Numbered from the stretch's first letter, positions 1 through 14,716 are shown. The stretch is DNA of 64,000 nucleotides from Schizochytrium sp. TIO01 (GCA_004764695.1 SMSO01000031.1:7236761-7300760); one strand, 5' to 3'. Numbers and translations: made by a program. The notes: generated by a model from the sequence alone, not told the origin.

Positions 1-40
1 TGAGTGCGTTTTACAATCGAAGAGCTCTTGGGCAGAACAG

Positions 41-82
41 AAGCGAAGAGAAGCGAAGAGAAGAGAAGAGAAGAGAAGAAGA
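41..82. repeat. (AAGAG/AAGCG)n microsatellite
   Basis: Pentamer tandem run visible directly in the sequence. Confidence 0.85.
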
Positions 83-346
83 GGGACCAACTAATCGATC
101 GTCGCGGAGATACAAATCAGAGCACACTCCACTCCACTCAGCTCTGTCTTAGTCTGTCTTAGTCTCTCTTCGTGCACGCGTTCGAAAGGCCAGCTAGGAG
201 GTCCCTAGGGCCCGCTAGCGAGGCGGGCTGCAGCATTATTCTGATGATGATGGCACACAGAACGATCGCAGTGGATCATTCGTTGCCGCTCGCGTGGGCT
301 GTTATGTTAATCTACACGGCGGCCCTCTGCCCTCGAGCACGCACAG

Positions 347-390
347 GAATAGAATAGAATAGAATAGAATAGAATAGAATAGAATAGAAT
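347..390. repeat. (AATAG)n microsatellite
   Basis: About 8 perfect pentamer copies. Confidence 0.95.
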
Positions 391-2860
391 TGAAGAAGTT
401 GGATTCGAAGAAGATCGATCGTTGATCGCGCTAGACATCGTTGGGCAGATCCGCTTTTCGAAAACGCGCTCCCAAAGGCGTTGCGACATGTCCACTAATG
501 TGCAGGTACAATGATAAATAACTGACTGAGATGGGCGAGGGAAGAAGAATCGTTCTCGATCGATGGAGAGAGAGAGACATACATACCATGAAAGAAAGAA
601 GCTTCCAGCTCGCGCAGGGTTCTTGGGAGAATACCGGGGCGCGGAGGGTGCCGCCTCACGGCCAAAGGGGGTGACCAATCGCGAGTCAGTCAAGCACTCG
701 CTGCTGATCATACTCGAAGACGGGCGTGGACTCTCTTGATGATGTCCGCAATCTTTTCTGCAATCTGGCGCATCGGAACCCGTGCAAAGGTGCGACTATT
801 TTCGCAACTCTAGAGCTAGCTATGGCTGGCTAGTTGGTTGACTAGGAGGCCTCTCCTATGTGTTTTGGGTAGGGGAACGTAGGACCCCGTCGCACACCCT
901 CGTGTCGTTACAAAACTAAATTGCGCAGAATCGATGCACTTTCAAGATGATAGCGATCCCGAACTGCAAAACTGCAAGGAAAGAGTACTCCAAGTCCTGT
1001 TCATGCACATCGGCGTCCTTGATTGTGGGCACAGCCACATGCGTGGTTGCTTGGTTTATGCCCTCTATATTCTAGCGAGATCAGGGACAGCCTGTTTGAG
1101 AGTTGGAGATTCAACGATACCTTCTAGCGTGCCCGTAATCATTCCAAAGGACGCGGAGTCATTTGTCATTTCCCTCCCTAGAACTAACTACTCAGTAGGT
1201 ATCTAGACATTATGACCTCCTTCAAACGATCCTCCGTATGGGGTTCTGATCATGTAAGTTGATTTAGTTCAGGCCGTGATCTAAGTTCGTAAGATTTGCA
1301 CGGGCGAAATCCCGGCCCGCCGCGATCCCGATATCGATATCCCTAATCTTCTTGCAGTGAAGTTCCTGGCGTCGATAGTTTTCCACAAAGGTCATGAAAG
1401 CAAGCAGTTATTTTGACTTGGGCTTGTCGTGAACGAGTCCTAGTTTCGTGCTACAACCAGCCCTTCCATGAATTATACCTGAGCTCTCTTCAAGTAAGGC
1501 TCTGCTATCTTCAACGCTACGCTGGTCTCTTCTCCTTAACTGGGTGCACCTTAAGTTGCGTTCTCTTCAAGTTGCCCGTTCTTGCGCCCCGCTCTCCTCG
1601 CTTAGCGGGGCGGTAGTGCCTCTTAACAGCTGCGTTCTCTCGCCTCCTCCAAGTTCCTTCCCTCGCTGCTCTCCTCGCGCATCTTCACTCTTGTAAGTAG
1701 GAACGGCAAGGTGAATGGAATGGCTGGCTGCCTCCTCCGGGTTGGGGAAACTGGCCACGAGGTCGCCGAGAATTTCGTCAGAGGGTCTGTGAGTTCTGGA
1801 CGTCCTCACTGCTGAAGTTCTCCAGGTTGTTCTTGAGGTCGTTCTCTGCGTAGATGATTGAGTTGCCGCATTTACTACCGTCTCAGGTTTCCACTTCATT
1901 CCTTTTGTAATCGAGCCTCAGTGCTTTTTCCTTTTAGTTTCAACTTTATGATACAACTACATATGTATGTATGGAATACGAATTGCTAACTATGGCTAAT
2001 GAGTTTAATTTATTTTAATTTATTTATAATAATAAAAAGAGAGAGCTCTGCACGTGGTAGGAACTCGATCGAATTGCTCGTTGCACAAAGCCTGAGGTGG
2101 CCGCTCGTTCATTCTGCCCTACGGAGCTGAGTTGGTGGGTGAAGCTCTGAATAATTCCGCTGCTGAGGTTGGCGATGAGTTCCCCCTTGGAGTGGAAAGG
2201 TGGTCAATCGCTGTAGTGCATCAGAATCGCAGGTTTCTACAACTGCTTACTTCTGCTCTTCTACCGTTTCCTCGAGTGGTCCTACCTCCCACTTAGCTGC
2301 TGCTACCTACCTACCGCCTTTTCCTTCCAGCTTTTACTCCGGTGAGAGCTATTCACAAAAACAAGGAGCGCCGCGTAGATACAATTTTGGAGGCGCGAGA
2401 ACTGCAGAGAGTTGACAGTCATTGGGTTCCTCTCCGTCTCCTGAGGGTGGTGGTAGCTGAGGATATCGAGGTCGCAGTCGCAGTCGTTGTACACCGCCTC
2501 CGACCGGTAGACAGAGGTGCCTTGCTTGCTTGTTTGTTTCCTCTGCGGATGAAATAGCAGCACCATCATCAGCAACAGCAACAGCAACAGCAGCAGCAGC
2601 GGCAGACTCGGCGAGGCCCCGGCCTGCACGCAGGTGGTGGCGTTGTTGACGGCGATCGTCGCGAGCGGGCTCCAGACGCGTGAAGCGCCGAATGCATGGA
2701 TGAACGAACGAATTGAAGTGAGAGAGATGGAGGATGGAATCAACACCCTCGCGCTCGATTGACGAGTTCCGAACGCCAAATTCAAGGCCGAGCAACGGCA
2801 CGGCGGGAGCGAGGGAGCACTCGCATCTTGGCCCTCTTTGCCGTAAACTTGTCACAGCCG

Positions 2861-3073
2861 CCGCGTCTCCCTCTCCGCTTGTGTCTTGCTTGCTTGCTTG
2901 CTTGCGTCAAACGTTGGCTTGCTTGCTTGCTTGCGTCAAAGGCTCGTGCACGAGAACCGGGACCCAGCGAGAAGCCTCATGAGATGAGATTGCTCCAATC
3001 CTCCGCTAGCACGCACGCACGCACGCACGCACGCAAGGAAGCAAGCAAGACACAAGCGGAGAGGGAGACGCGG
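2861..3073. repeat. 35-bp perfect inverted repeat (arms 2861-2895 and 3039-3073)
   Basis: ccgcgtctccctctccgcttgtgtcttgcttgctt has its exact reverse complement at 3039-3073. Confidence 0.9.
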
Positions 3074-5926
3074 CCGGTGTACGAATCCGCAGCAGCCTCC
3101 AGCGCGAGTGTAATGTCTTCATTCCTCCTCCGTGCCCTTTCGTGGCGTGTGCAGAGCGAGCGATGTCTTCTTCGCCATTGAGCGACTCGTGGCAGATCCT
3201 CATGTGCCAAAACTTGGCATCGTCGCACACCTCTTCGCTGTAGCACCCGCTACGCGTAACGCTAAGGGCACCTCACTCCCCGCGTTCCCCGAAATATGCA
3301 TGCAATGCAGAGGACACGAGCCTTTGATGACCTTCCTCCAAGAGCGCTGGGACCGTTAGTCAGCGGGTAGATACTGTTACTGGAGCCCAAAGGAACTCGA
3401 TTCCATGTGCGATGATTCCATATGTGCGAGAGAGGATGAATGATCCTTTCTCGATCGCCGTCATCGTTGGAAAGCGACTGACTGCCTGACAGACTGACTC
3501 ACTTGGCTCGACCAGAGTTGGATTTACTTTCGCGATGGAGAGGACGATGTGCAGTTGGGCTTGATTTGAGGTTGAAGCTCGAGGGCCGCCATGGAACTGG
3601 ATGCCTGCTCTTGTTGGTGGTGGTTCTTACCTTCAGGCAGGCCGGAGTTTAAGAGAGAAGCGTCCTTTATGTTGAGAGAGTCTGGAGGCTCAAGGATATC
3701 ATGAAACAGTTCGAATGTTTGAGTGAACATTCGGAGCGATCACAGAATTGCTTTATTTTTATTTTTATTTTTATTTTTTATTTCTAAAAGAAAATATTAT
3801 AATGTTTTAAAAACTAAAATTAAAACCATGTTTCTAGCTCATTTATTTACCATAATAGCACCTTATATATCAAATTAAAATAGAAATTGTTGCTCAGAAC
3901 TCAGGCCAGTTCTGACAGCATAGACCCACCTAATCTGCCAGAACTACTACTCATGCGCGCACGTAAAGCGTTTCGAATTGAACACTACATACAATACTTC
4001 TAAATCGGCAATTAAAAACACCAAAATCAAGAGGAAAAAAACGGAGAGCTAAGAAAGAATCGAATGGACCCGAGAGACCCCAAAGAACAACCGCCAAAGA
4101 ACAACCGCCAAAGACAAAGACTTAGAGAGAGAGAGAGATGGAAAAAGCATTCCCAGCCAAAGAAACCTTCGCAGTAGGTGAGCAGGTACCACGTAAGCGT
4201 ATCCAAAGCGAGATGGCCTCAGGAGTGCGTGTGTGTGTGTGTCTGTGTGCCTGTGCTTTCTTTCTTCACACGCTCGACTCACGCACTCACTGACTCGAGA
4301 GCTGCTCGTGCTCCAGAAAAACAAACTGAGCGGAACGTGGTGCGCATTCTTTTCTTTCTTCGTATCATCTTCATCTGTCTTTCCTCCCTATCTGAGCTAC
4401 GGCCGGACGGTTGGCCGTCCACTCAGTCACTAAGTCAGTCAGTCACTAAGTCAGTCAGTTAGTCAGTCAATAAGCTCTCTTGAACGAGAACATCAACTTC
4501 AACTTGCTTGAAAACTGCAGTCAGTTGTTCTCAATGTGCATCTATGTATGTATGCATTTATGTATGTATTGTATGTATTGTATGTGTCTGTGTGTGTGTG
4601 TGGAAATGCAGCGGAAATTGAGGGAACCGTGAGAACGGGGCATTGAATGAATGAATGAATATATTGAAGCACCTCGGAACGAGCGATTCCGCGGATAATC
4701 TTGCTCACGGACTTTTTCTCTCACAACATTTCGTGTGATTTATTCACACGAAAAGCAAGCATTCAAGCTTTTATCACTTCGAAAGAAAAGGCGCAGGCCG
4801 TACTGGCGGGCTAGCCAGCCCTACGGGCCTAGCTACCATCGTAGTTTCTGCCATGCAAAAGAGGGAGAACAGTTCTGCTGTTCTGTTCTGCTGAGTGCGT
4901 GCGTGCTTACCCGCCTACGGTGACGTCGTAGTAGGTAGTATGCAGCAGTAGTATCTATCTACCTGGAGGGATCTAGTATCTAGGTACGTGTTACGTATGT
5001 GTATATGTACCTTTCGTTGTAAGCGGGTATCCAGCTAGTGTCAGCGTAGCGAGTGCTACCGTGGAGCGATGTGTCTTTAGCTGGCCTCGTAAAACACGGG
5101 CCAGTCTATCTGTCTCGTGAGGAAAGTAAGTAAGTACCTAAGTTAGGAAGTGGGCCGGCAAGTTTGGGCTCAGGCTGAAGCAGAAGAGGCAGCAGCAGCG
5201 GAGCAATCAGTGGCAATCTTCGAGGATCGCTGCGCATTCGTACGCAGAAACCGATCGATCGGTTCGTCTTCAGAGGAGTTCTACGAAATCCTGCGCCGTT
5301 CTTCGCATGCCTACAACACATCGATAGATAGATACATATTCATGGGCGAGAGGTCCTAGGCGTATCCATAGAGGCACCCTACAATAGCGCGGCAGTACCG
5401 AATTGCGTAGAAAGTGGATATTTGGAAGCTCCAAAAGCAATTCACGACTCGACTTAGTCAGCACAAAAGAAGAAAGAGCGACGAACTTGAACTCGACAGA
5501 ATGAGGGAGAAACAGAGAAAGAAACAGAGAAAGAAAGAAAGAAAGAAAGAAAAGAGAAAATGCTCTGCTCTGCTCTGCTCTTCTCCTCTGAGGGAGGAGA
5601 GGGAAAAAGGGAGTCGAGCTGAGGCAGACTCGTACGTACGCTCTTGCGAGGGAGGGAGAGCTCAAGTTCGCTCAGGAGCTTTGTGACAGCTCGAGGAAAC
5701 TTACTTCTTGCTTGCTTACTTACTTAGTTTGAAGACCAATCCAACATGCATCACCAAACCAAAGAAAGAGGAGTGAGTGAGCATAGTGCAAGAAGAGGAA
5801 GAAGAGCAGGAAAAAGCCCCGCCGATCGAGAGATGTCAATCAGTGGCAGCGTGTACGGGACCGCGTGTACCGCCCGCTCAGTTGGGAGGAGAGAGAGAAA
5901 AGAGGCGAATCGTCGGCTCAAAGATG

Positions 5927-6008
5927 AGTTTGTTTGTTTGTTTGTTTGTTTGTTTGTTTGTTTGTTTGTTTGTTTGTTTGTTTGTTTGTTTGTTTGTTTG
6001 TTTGTTTG
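5927..6008. repeat. (TTTG)n microsatellite
   Basis: About 20 perfect tetramer copies. Confidence 0.97.
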
Positions 6009-9000
6009 AATTATTTGTTTATTTTGAAGTAAATAAATAAATAAATGGATAAATAATAGTGAAATGAAGAGACAACGAAAACTGAAGAGGATGACGACGC
6101 TGTTGAAGAAGAAGAAGAAGGAGTGGCACATGATTCTTTGGACTCCTCGACGGAATGGCTGGCTGCCTGGCTGCCTGGCGGGAGCAGCGGAAGAGAGGGG
6201 AAAAGGCTGCAGCAAAATAGCTGAGGTAGGCTTAAAGCTGAGCCGAAGCTGGCTACTGCGATGCAGACGCACCTCGCTCAGTGGTATTTCGCAAGTTCTG
6301 CGGAAAATAATAAAGTACAATACGAATTACATTGCCCTCTCTCCTTCTCGGCTACCTGCGCTTTAGTATATGTTTTGCTTTGTTTGTGTTTTAATTAAGT
6401 TAAGAGGAGATCGATCTTTTTCCTGCTGCTCTCTCTTTCAGTATTGATTAGCTACGAGAGAGTTTGTTTTTCATTCAATTATAATTTTTTAAAAAGAAAA
6501 AGAAAAAGAACGCAGCGCATTGTTTTAGGGAAAAGGAGGGGGAAAACTTAACAGAAAGAGGTTTAAAAGAAATATAGCGAGTTCGCGCTCTCACTAAATA
6601 TAGCGAGTTCATGCGTGCGATTCTTCTCAGCAGGCCATTTATAGCGAGTTCGCGCGCATACTGATCCGCCCATTTCAAAAGAACGAAAGCAGAAAAGAAA
6701 GCAAAGAGGTCGAGAAGGGGCAGGGAGGGGGCAGTCTCCACGCCCACAAACATACCTACAGAGAAACAAAGAAACCAAGAAACAAAGCAAAATCCATCCA
6801 TCCCACCAACAATCCAGACAACAGACACGAGCGGTAGATAGTCCTTATTAGAAAAGAACAACCAAGAAAGAAACAAAGAAAGAAAGAAAGAAAGAAAGAA
6901 AGAAAAAAAGAAAGAAAAGAAAAAAGCGCTCGAAAAGAGGCCGCCTGCCTTCTTCCTGAACCTACTTCAGTGAGGTGGTGAGTAAATGAATAAATAAAAC
7001 AACAAAACAAACAAACAAAACAAACAAACAAAAAATGCATCTCCGCATGGATAAATGTGTTCCTGGAGCCTAGAAGCCAAGGCTTACGCGCTGCTTTCGG
7101 AGGCCCACGACTCTTGGGTGGACCAACCACTGCGCTTAACAATGCCGTCATTCGGCTTCGATGATGCGCAACTAACGACGTCGCAGGCTCCGTGAAGGCG
7201 GCTCAGTCTCCAGGCTTTCTTTCGCAGAGCGCCCGACTTCCTCCGCTTTCTTGCGGAGCCCCCGAACATCGCTTTTCACCCCCGCAGATTCGTCGTCTCG
7301 CTTTCCCTCAAAGCTACGAGCAAAGCTGTAGCTTTCAAGACCCCACAGCGCCTCTCTGCCGTCGCCGTCTGGCGTAGTGCTTCCTGCCTTTGGCTTGCCT
7401 AGCTACTTACTGTTCCTGAGACCACTTATTTCGCTCTTTCTCGCTTTCTAGTTCTTGAGAACAAGTAATTGAATAATTGAATGAATAAAGAGCTAAATAA
7501 AGTTGTTGAAATAAAGTAATCAATAGGCGAAGAATTATCCCCCTGTGACGCACGAAGACCCAAGAAAGCATCGGGAGACGTGCACGTCGCTCCACTGCCT
7601 CCTCTTCAAACCACGCTTAAGCAGCGGTTTCTTCGCCAGCTCCGCCTCAGACCGTGGCTGGCAATCGGTTGAGGGGGCTAGTGAGTTGGCCACATATCCT
7701 GCGTAGAGAAAAAGGCTCGCTGTAAATAATTTCAAGTTTAAGTTTTTCGTTTAAATTCGTTTCAATTGACTAGGACCCAGTAGACAGCACTACCCAACTC
7801 CAGCCAGCTAGCAGGGATTGACTTAGGTATTAAAGGCACGCAGCGTTCTGCGAAGTTCTTGATGAAAGAACGCGACGATGCGCCTCTGGGACATTGACAA
7901 CACGTCTCCTTTCGCGGTTCAGGCCTCAGTGGGACAGGAAGCGGGTTTCCTCTTAGCTGTTGGCTTTGTCTCGGGGTCTCTAATAATGAATAAAAAGAAG
8001 ATGAAAAAGAAGAAGAAGAAGAAGATGGTTTATGTTATGTTATTGCTTTCGTGCAATTTAAGCTGCCGGAGCTCGAATAAAATATTCTTAAAAGAAATAG
8101 CAACGGGAAAATGCTAAGAGAGAGAGAGAAAGTAGTTCACCGTTGGTTTATTTACGTTGCTCTTTTTGTTTTAATATATTTTAGTAATGATATTAATGAA
8201 TTAAGCATGGGCGAAACTAAAAATTCTTTTAAAAAGAAACTAAGACAGGGTACATAATATGTAATCGCAGATGCTACTGAGCAAAAATTATAAAATTCTT
8301 TTGTTTCAAAATGAACTCCGAGGTCTTGAATTGAAATACCTCAAACCAGGTCCGTTATAGCATTCCAAGTGCGAGAGATCTTTACCAACTAGAGCTGTAA
8401 AGGTCGGTCCTGTCCAGAAGGTGTCCTGTACGCGGATGTGCTCGCCTTCTCCCGCATAGGGCCGTTGGCTTGTGCAGTTGTTTGCCTGATAATTCATTCA
8501 TCCAAATATATAACTGTTTCTATTATTTTGGTTTTTTATTTCTTTACTTTTACCATATAAATATATTTATTTGTTTGTTTATTTGTTTGCCAAGTGGCGT
8601 AGGATGCACTTACCGACAATAGAGGGTTTTCTGGGTGGTTGGCTGTTTATTCTATTCATTGCAAAGACTTAGCGCAGCGTAGTGCTAATGTTGGCTCTAC
8701 AGAGGTCCTACCGGGCATCGCCTTCCAGGTTGGTTTCAAAACCTGCGAAGAGGCGAGCGATCGAAGAGAAAGTTAAAAGTTATTTTCTCTTCTGCCAGCG
8801 AAAGAAGCTGGTAAGCACTCTTAAGTCTATTGCTTATGGCTTCAAGAAACTAATCTCCTTTTTCCTTTTCCTTTCTTTTCTTTTTCATTACCTTATTAAG
8901 TTGAATAATGGATGATCAAATCGAAGTAGACTCGTAAAACAGATGTCCAGGCGCCTCCAGCACCCGCGTAGAAATCCCTTTCGGAGAGATCGTCTGCAGA

Positions 9001-11913
9001 TTATGGACAGAAACATCGCTGGAGGACCTATATTCGTCCACGCACGTATTGAATTGATCTGATCATCGAGAGAGATCTCCCTGGAATTCGTCCATACTAA
9101 CGTCCTTTTGAGTCATCATGATTTGCTCGAATTTCTTTCTCCTGTTGGGTGTACATAGACCTCGGCCTAAGGCGCGTCTTCTTGGCGGCGGGGTATAAGC
9201 CCCAACTTATTTAAAACAGTAGGGGCGGTCGCCCAGTGGAGCTGTGAGGGGATGTAGCGGGATGAGTCGGATCACCGCGAGACTAAAGAAACGAAGAAGC
9301 GCACTTCGAGAGCAGAAACTGTGGCTTTTGCTTTGAACTGGAGAGCCTTTCGCTGTTTAAGCCGAGCTTAAGTCGCGGCAGTACGTCAGTTTACGCGCGA
9401 AGAGAGGGATATAAGCGGTAGCCTGACGACGCGATAAGCTCAAGAGGGAACGACGGCCGGCATCCTGCAAACAAACAAATATATATATATATATATAAAT
9501 TAAAATTTTAATTAATTAAATTTTTAATGGAGATGTACCATCAATTTAAACAGGAAATAAGTGAACGAATAGTTGAAGAATTGAAGAAATAAATGGTTGC
9601 GGGCTCTTACTATGCTACGAGTCGAGGGAAAGCGGCTTAGAATGATTGATTAGTTGATGGATAAATTGATTGATGGATCGATCCATTAGACGAAAGCCTC
9701 ATTTATCTTTATATGTGATTAGCAGGCAAAACTTTGTCAGGACGAGAGCTGTGTTGCCTTGTGTAGTACCCCAAAAATATAGAAATCTTGTACACTATTT
9801 ATAATACATACTCTCTCTCATACTAAACAATTTTCGTTCAATGAGAATTAGAGTAACGCTTGCAATTGCCAAATGAGGAGAAAATCCGCCTACTGTTCTG
9901 TATAGCGGGGCCCTAAAGCGGCCCACCTCGCATTACATTCTTGACGGAGATTTGATGAATAATCGCAGAGAATGACAGTCATGACATGAATTAGTCACGC
10001 ATGAAATGAAAAGGAAACGCGTTGCAATGGACTGCGAATCCTAAAAGACGCTGCGGTCCAAATGTCAGAGAATCCAAATGAATGTCAACTGCGACGGAGC
10101 TTTGGCAATAATCCAAAAGTCGCAGATCTAATTGCGCCGCGTCTTGAAATCAAAAAGACCCTTAAGTTTAATAAGAAGGAGGTGCATCGTAATCCGACTG
10201 ACTGGCTCGAGACGAGACAGACTCAAGAATGGATCATGTCGTTGAAATTCTTCACCTCGAGAAAAGGGTCGCCAGGAGCAATCGCTTATTCAGAGGAGAA
10301 GGGAAAGAGCCCGAGATTAGAGATTATGAATTGAAGCTGCCAGCAGCGCTTTGCTTTGGTGAGAAAGGCGACTTAATCTGTCTGCGAAGCACCGATCTTA
10401 GAGCGATTTGAGAGGAATTGCGTATTCCTAAATCTCCCCTCTGACCAAATTTTTGGATCTGCGTACTTTATAGAAAAAGATAACTTTTTTTAATCTTAAA
10501 TTAAATAGTTCTCTCAACCATTTTTTTTTTTTAATTTATAAAAATAATCATAAGAAAAGACAGAAATGTACATTTCAAAACATGCGGACAAATGGCTTTG
10601 AATGTAAACATAGAATTAGCAGCACAATCGAAAGTATTCACTGGTACAGTAGTACGTAGAAGCCAGGAAAAGGGCCAGGAATTGTATCATTCTGAGAGAA
10701 CAGGAGATCGACCTTTTGCTGCGCCTCAGTGATTTCAAGTGAACTGGAGTAGGGCCTCTTCTGCAAAATGCAAACGGAGTGAGAAAACAACCAAAAGGAA
10801 TGAATATGCGGGAATGGATAATTAAGTCAATTGCTTGTAGAAGGGGGGAGCAAACAATACATGAAAACTTTACAAACAAGTTGCCAAAAGGTATTTTGTT
10901 TTGTTTTGTTTTCTTCTCTTCTCGTGAAAACTCTTCGTCTGTTGAACACCATGTTATTAGAGAATTTCCTTGCGTCGAAGAGCTCTTTAATTCATTCATT
11001 CATTCATTCATTCATTGCCGGATTGACCAATTTATTATATTTCTGGGCGGATTTTGTTTCGTCGCCACAGTGTTTGTTAGTGCGTATCTTAAGCGCTGAT
11101 TGCTTTGGGAAGTTACTTAGAGAGTGAAAGAAAGAAACAGAGAAAGAAACAAAGTCATCAGCCAAAAAGATAACAGGAGAACGAAAGCAACAGACGCTGG
11201 AGCTTGCTTGCTTACTTGCATCGTAGTCGCTTTGATAAAACCAGAAGCGAGAGAACGATGGCCTTTTCAATGGCTTTTTCAAATAGCGATTCATCTAGAA
11301 AGACTAGGGTACCAGTTTGTTTTCAATGTTAAAACAATGAGGGACCTGCAGATTATTTTATACAATAAAAACTTATTGGTACTTTTTAAAATTAAAAACA
11401 TTTTTAAAATATATATTTAAATAGTAGGGATAAAATAAAAATAAACAGCACGAGAGAAGAAGTTAAAAACGGGAGAGGGAGAGGAAGAAAGTGAGGAGAT
11501 GGAAAAGCGAAGAAGTAACAAGATGCCACTGCTAACGCTTCCTATTGAAAATTGGTACCAATAGGGGCTTGTGGAAGGGTCTTACGGGACACGGGGTGCC
11601 TCGTTCAAAGTGGGAGGGAGGGCCTCTAGGGAGACTGGTAGCGTATGTCGTAGGAGATGCATGGTTCGAGGAGGAAAAGAAGAGCGACGATGACGAGGGC
11701 GTCGAAGCGGAGGTGACCAAAAACCTGTCAGCAAACCCCAAACTCGAGATCAAAGCAAGATTCTTCGGAGCCACTTCAAAGGCATCGAATATTGCGCTTT
11801 GACCTTCGAAACACTCAAACAAACAAACAAACGAATAAGAACAACAACAGGCAAAGCTTGTTGTCAACAACAGAACCAAGTCACACAAGCAAAAGTCATC
11901 AATCAACGTCAAG

Positions 11914-12801
11914 ATGGCAGACTGGGGATACGCAGGTGAGGTTGGCCCTGAGCAGTGGGGCAAGCTCTGCCCGGAGTACGCCATTGCCGTCGATGGCAAG
12001 GCTCAGTCACCCATTGACCTCCCCAGACCTTGCTTGAAGGCCTGCGCCTCTGAGGACTCCATGGATATGGACGACGAGGCCAAGGATGACAACAAGGATG
12101 AGGCCAAGGAGTCCTCCGAGACGCAGCCGGTGACCCTCAAGTTGAAGTCTGCTCCTGGCACCATCATTAACAACGGCCTGACTATCATGGTCAACGCCGA
12201 AGGCGCCAGCAGCTTCAAGGTCAACGGCCGTGAGTACGAGCTCGCTCAGTTCCACTTCCACTCGCCAGCCGAGCACACATTCGGAGGCGTGCGTCACGAC
12301 CTCGAGCTTCACCTCGTGCACATGGCCAAGCCCGGTCAGGGCCCTGGCCCTGTTGCTGCCGTTGTCGGCATTCACTTCAAGCTCGGCGACACCCCGGACC
12401 CTTTCCTCGCTCGTGTCTTCGAGCACGTACCTGGCCTAACCAAGGGCGAGGTTACTGCACTCCCAGAACTTGTGGCCTTCAACGATTTGGTCATCGACAA
12501 CCTCTTTTTTGACTACGAAGGCTCTCTCACCACTCCCCCGTGCTCTGAGGGCATTCACTGGTGCGTGATGCAAAAGGTGCTCACCATGACTGAGGAGCAA
12601 CTTGAGATCTTCCGCACTGCCATTCCTTTTGATAACTACCGCCCCGTGCAGCCGCTCAATGGCCGCGCCATTGAGGTGGTTTCCTGCACCTGCTCCAAGC
12701 CGCACACCGTCAAGGAGCAGGCCAAGAAGGTCACGCGCATTGCACCGGAGGCACCCAAGACTTCCGTCAAGGCCTCGAGCGCCACCGCTTCGACTGCCTA
12801 A
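11914..12801 (+). CDS. alpha-carbonic anhydrase, copy 1 (295 aa)
   Basis: Motifs WGYxGExGPxxWG, QSPIDL, QFHFH (two Zn His), EH, ELHLVH (third Zn His), YEGSLTTPPCSEG and NYRPVQPLNGR. Strong GC3 codon bias, no introns. Confidence 0.97.
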   Translation: MADWGYAGEVGPEQWGKLCPEYAIAVDGKAQSPIDLPRPCLKACASEDSMDMDDEAKDDNKDEAKESSETQPVTLKLKSAPGTIINNGLTIMVNAEGASSFKVNGREYELAQFHFHSPAEHTFGGVRHDLELHLVHMAKPGQGPGPVAAVVGIHFKLGDTPDPFLARVFEHVPGLTKGEVTALPELVAFNDLVIDNLFFDYEGSLTTPPCSEGIHWCVMQKVLTMTEEQLEIFRTAIPFDNYRPVQPLNGRAIEVVSCTCSKPHTVKEQAKKVTRIAPEAPKTSVKASSATASTA

Positions 12802-14644
12802 ATCTTTGCCCGTACTCGTTCTGCATACGTACATATTCTTTCACAACCACGCACAATTTTTCAGAGGCTTGCGGCCAGCCAGCTGCACATGCCCACTGTG
12901 CCTCCTTTTGTTTGCCATCTTTTCTCTACCACTTACAGTTTACTTTACACCCCTTCTTCCGAACATTCTTTTTCTCGCGCGTACGATATATATAACCTTT
13001 CTCGCGCGGCGAACAACTATCCTTTACCAACAAATTTTTGATCACACTCCTGATTTATTTCTCTCGTATCATTCTTCTCCCAAACTTCCTCGCTCTGGGG
13101 GACTAGTATATTTCTTTCGTCTCTGTATATGCTATTCTTTCTCTCGACGTCACCCTTGATTATTATATTTTAAAGGGAGGGGCACACAAACTCATCTGTT
13201 CGGCATGTGCCTTGCAAGATGATAGCGTTAGTTTGTACTCGCCTCTAGGTGTGAATTATTGATTATTTGTTGGACATACATGACTCTTAAAAATATGATC
13301 CTGCTCTTGCTCAGGAACTTGATGGCATCAAGTAGCTTCTATCTTTCAAATCATTATATTTGGTTTTTCTACTCATATGATTGCTTCTATTTTCTTTTTC
13401 TCATTATGAGGTATTCTGCAAGATTGTCTTCAACTCATCGGACAAGAAACTCGGTAGAAGGAGTTGGGAAAAATTTCAGTTTAACATTCAAGGAGGAATT
13501 ATGCAAGCTCGAGCCTCCAGGCACACACACAACTATGTGATAAATAATATACTTGCTAGGCGTTGATCTATATAAGGCGACGCCCGTCTCACTCCTGACG
13601 AAGAGTCTATGTGTAGTTATCAATTTGGAGACTTCTACGTCGTGAACATGTCTTCTCTTCAAGATCTATCAGCTTACTTTTGCCGAACCCTAAGATCTAC
13701 TGTTCTGCAATATTGCACCCAATGATCACAAGTTTACAACATCGTGTACAGTTCAGCTCCTCACTCTTCCTGCTATGAAATGTTGATGTCAATTAAGCTA
13801 GGTGTTTTCGTCTTTTAGCTGATCTGATTGGTCATTAGGCAGACTTGTCCATAAAAGGACTTCGAAAGCCTCACCGCACAGAACGAATGCCCTTGAGCAT
13901 CTCGCTTCGGGAACATGCATACAAAGTACTACATGTCCCCCCCCACAGTGCCACCATCGCATACCTAAAAAGAATACTGTAACTCCCACAGTGAAACTTT
14001 TGATCTCGTTCTTCAAAGCAGAAAAGAGGAAAAAATAATTAGAAAGAAAAGAAGACTTCGAAGGAGAAAGCAAAGTCAGAAAGCAAAGTTGCTGTATTCT
14101 TCAGTAATGCGTGGAGAATGCGTGAACAGCTCAAAGAAGGTATGTGTCCTGGGGGACTAATCCCTCCTTATCTTTCTATGCGATCTATCGGATGTTCATT
14201 TCGGATTTTAGTCTCCATTGCAATCAAGCCTTTGATGAAATCGTACATGCTTCGATTTTACGGTTACAGCAGAATGTCCACTTAAATTTCTCCGCGTTGA
14301 TTGAAAAATGGACTCGGCTTATGCGCTCAGCGACATCGCTTACAGCACAGGCTTCGCCTCCATGCCTCCATCTCCGCCTCCATGCCTCTGCCGCGCCCTG
14401 CCTTCGGTGCTGCGTGCTAACTCGAACAGAACCCTCTGCGACTGTCTAACATTTATAAGCATGCATTTTGTGCAGTCGCAGTCCCATGGTCACCGGAGAG
14501 CATCTTATGCTCTAGATTAGTTGATTCAGCTGAAATGCATCATTTCTCTGCAATGCCCCACAACTCAATATGGTATCTCCATTGTGAACCATTGTGCAAA
14601 CGATTAGGCCGTGACAAATGATAGGTAGTACAAAGCATGGACGC

Positions 14645-14646
<2 letters not shown>

Positions 14647-14716
<70 letters not shown>

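Noticed and set aside
3170-3230. Copia GAG-pre-integrase-like motif (FWHMRICH)
   Set aside because: No following CxxC, integrase core, reverse transcriptase or LTRs were found.
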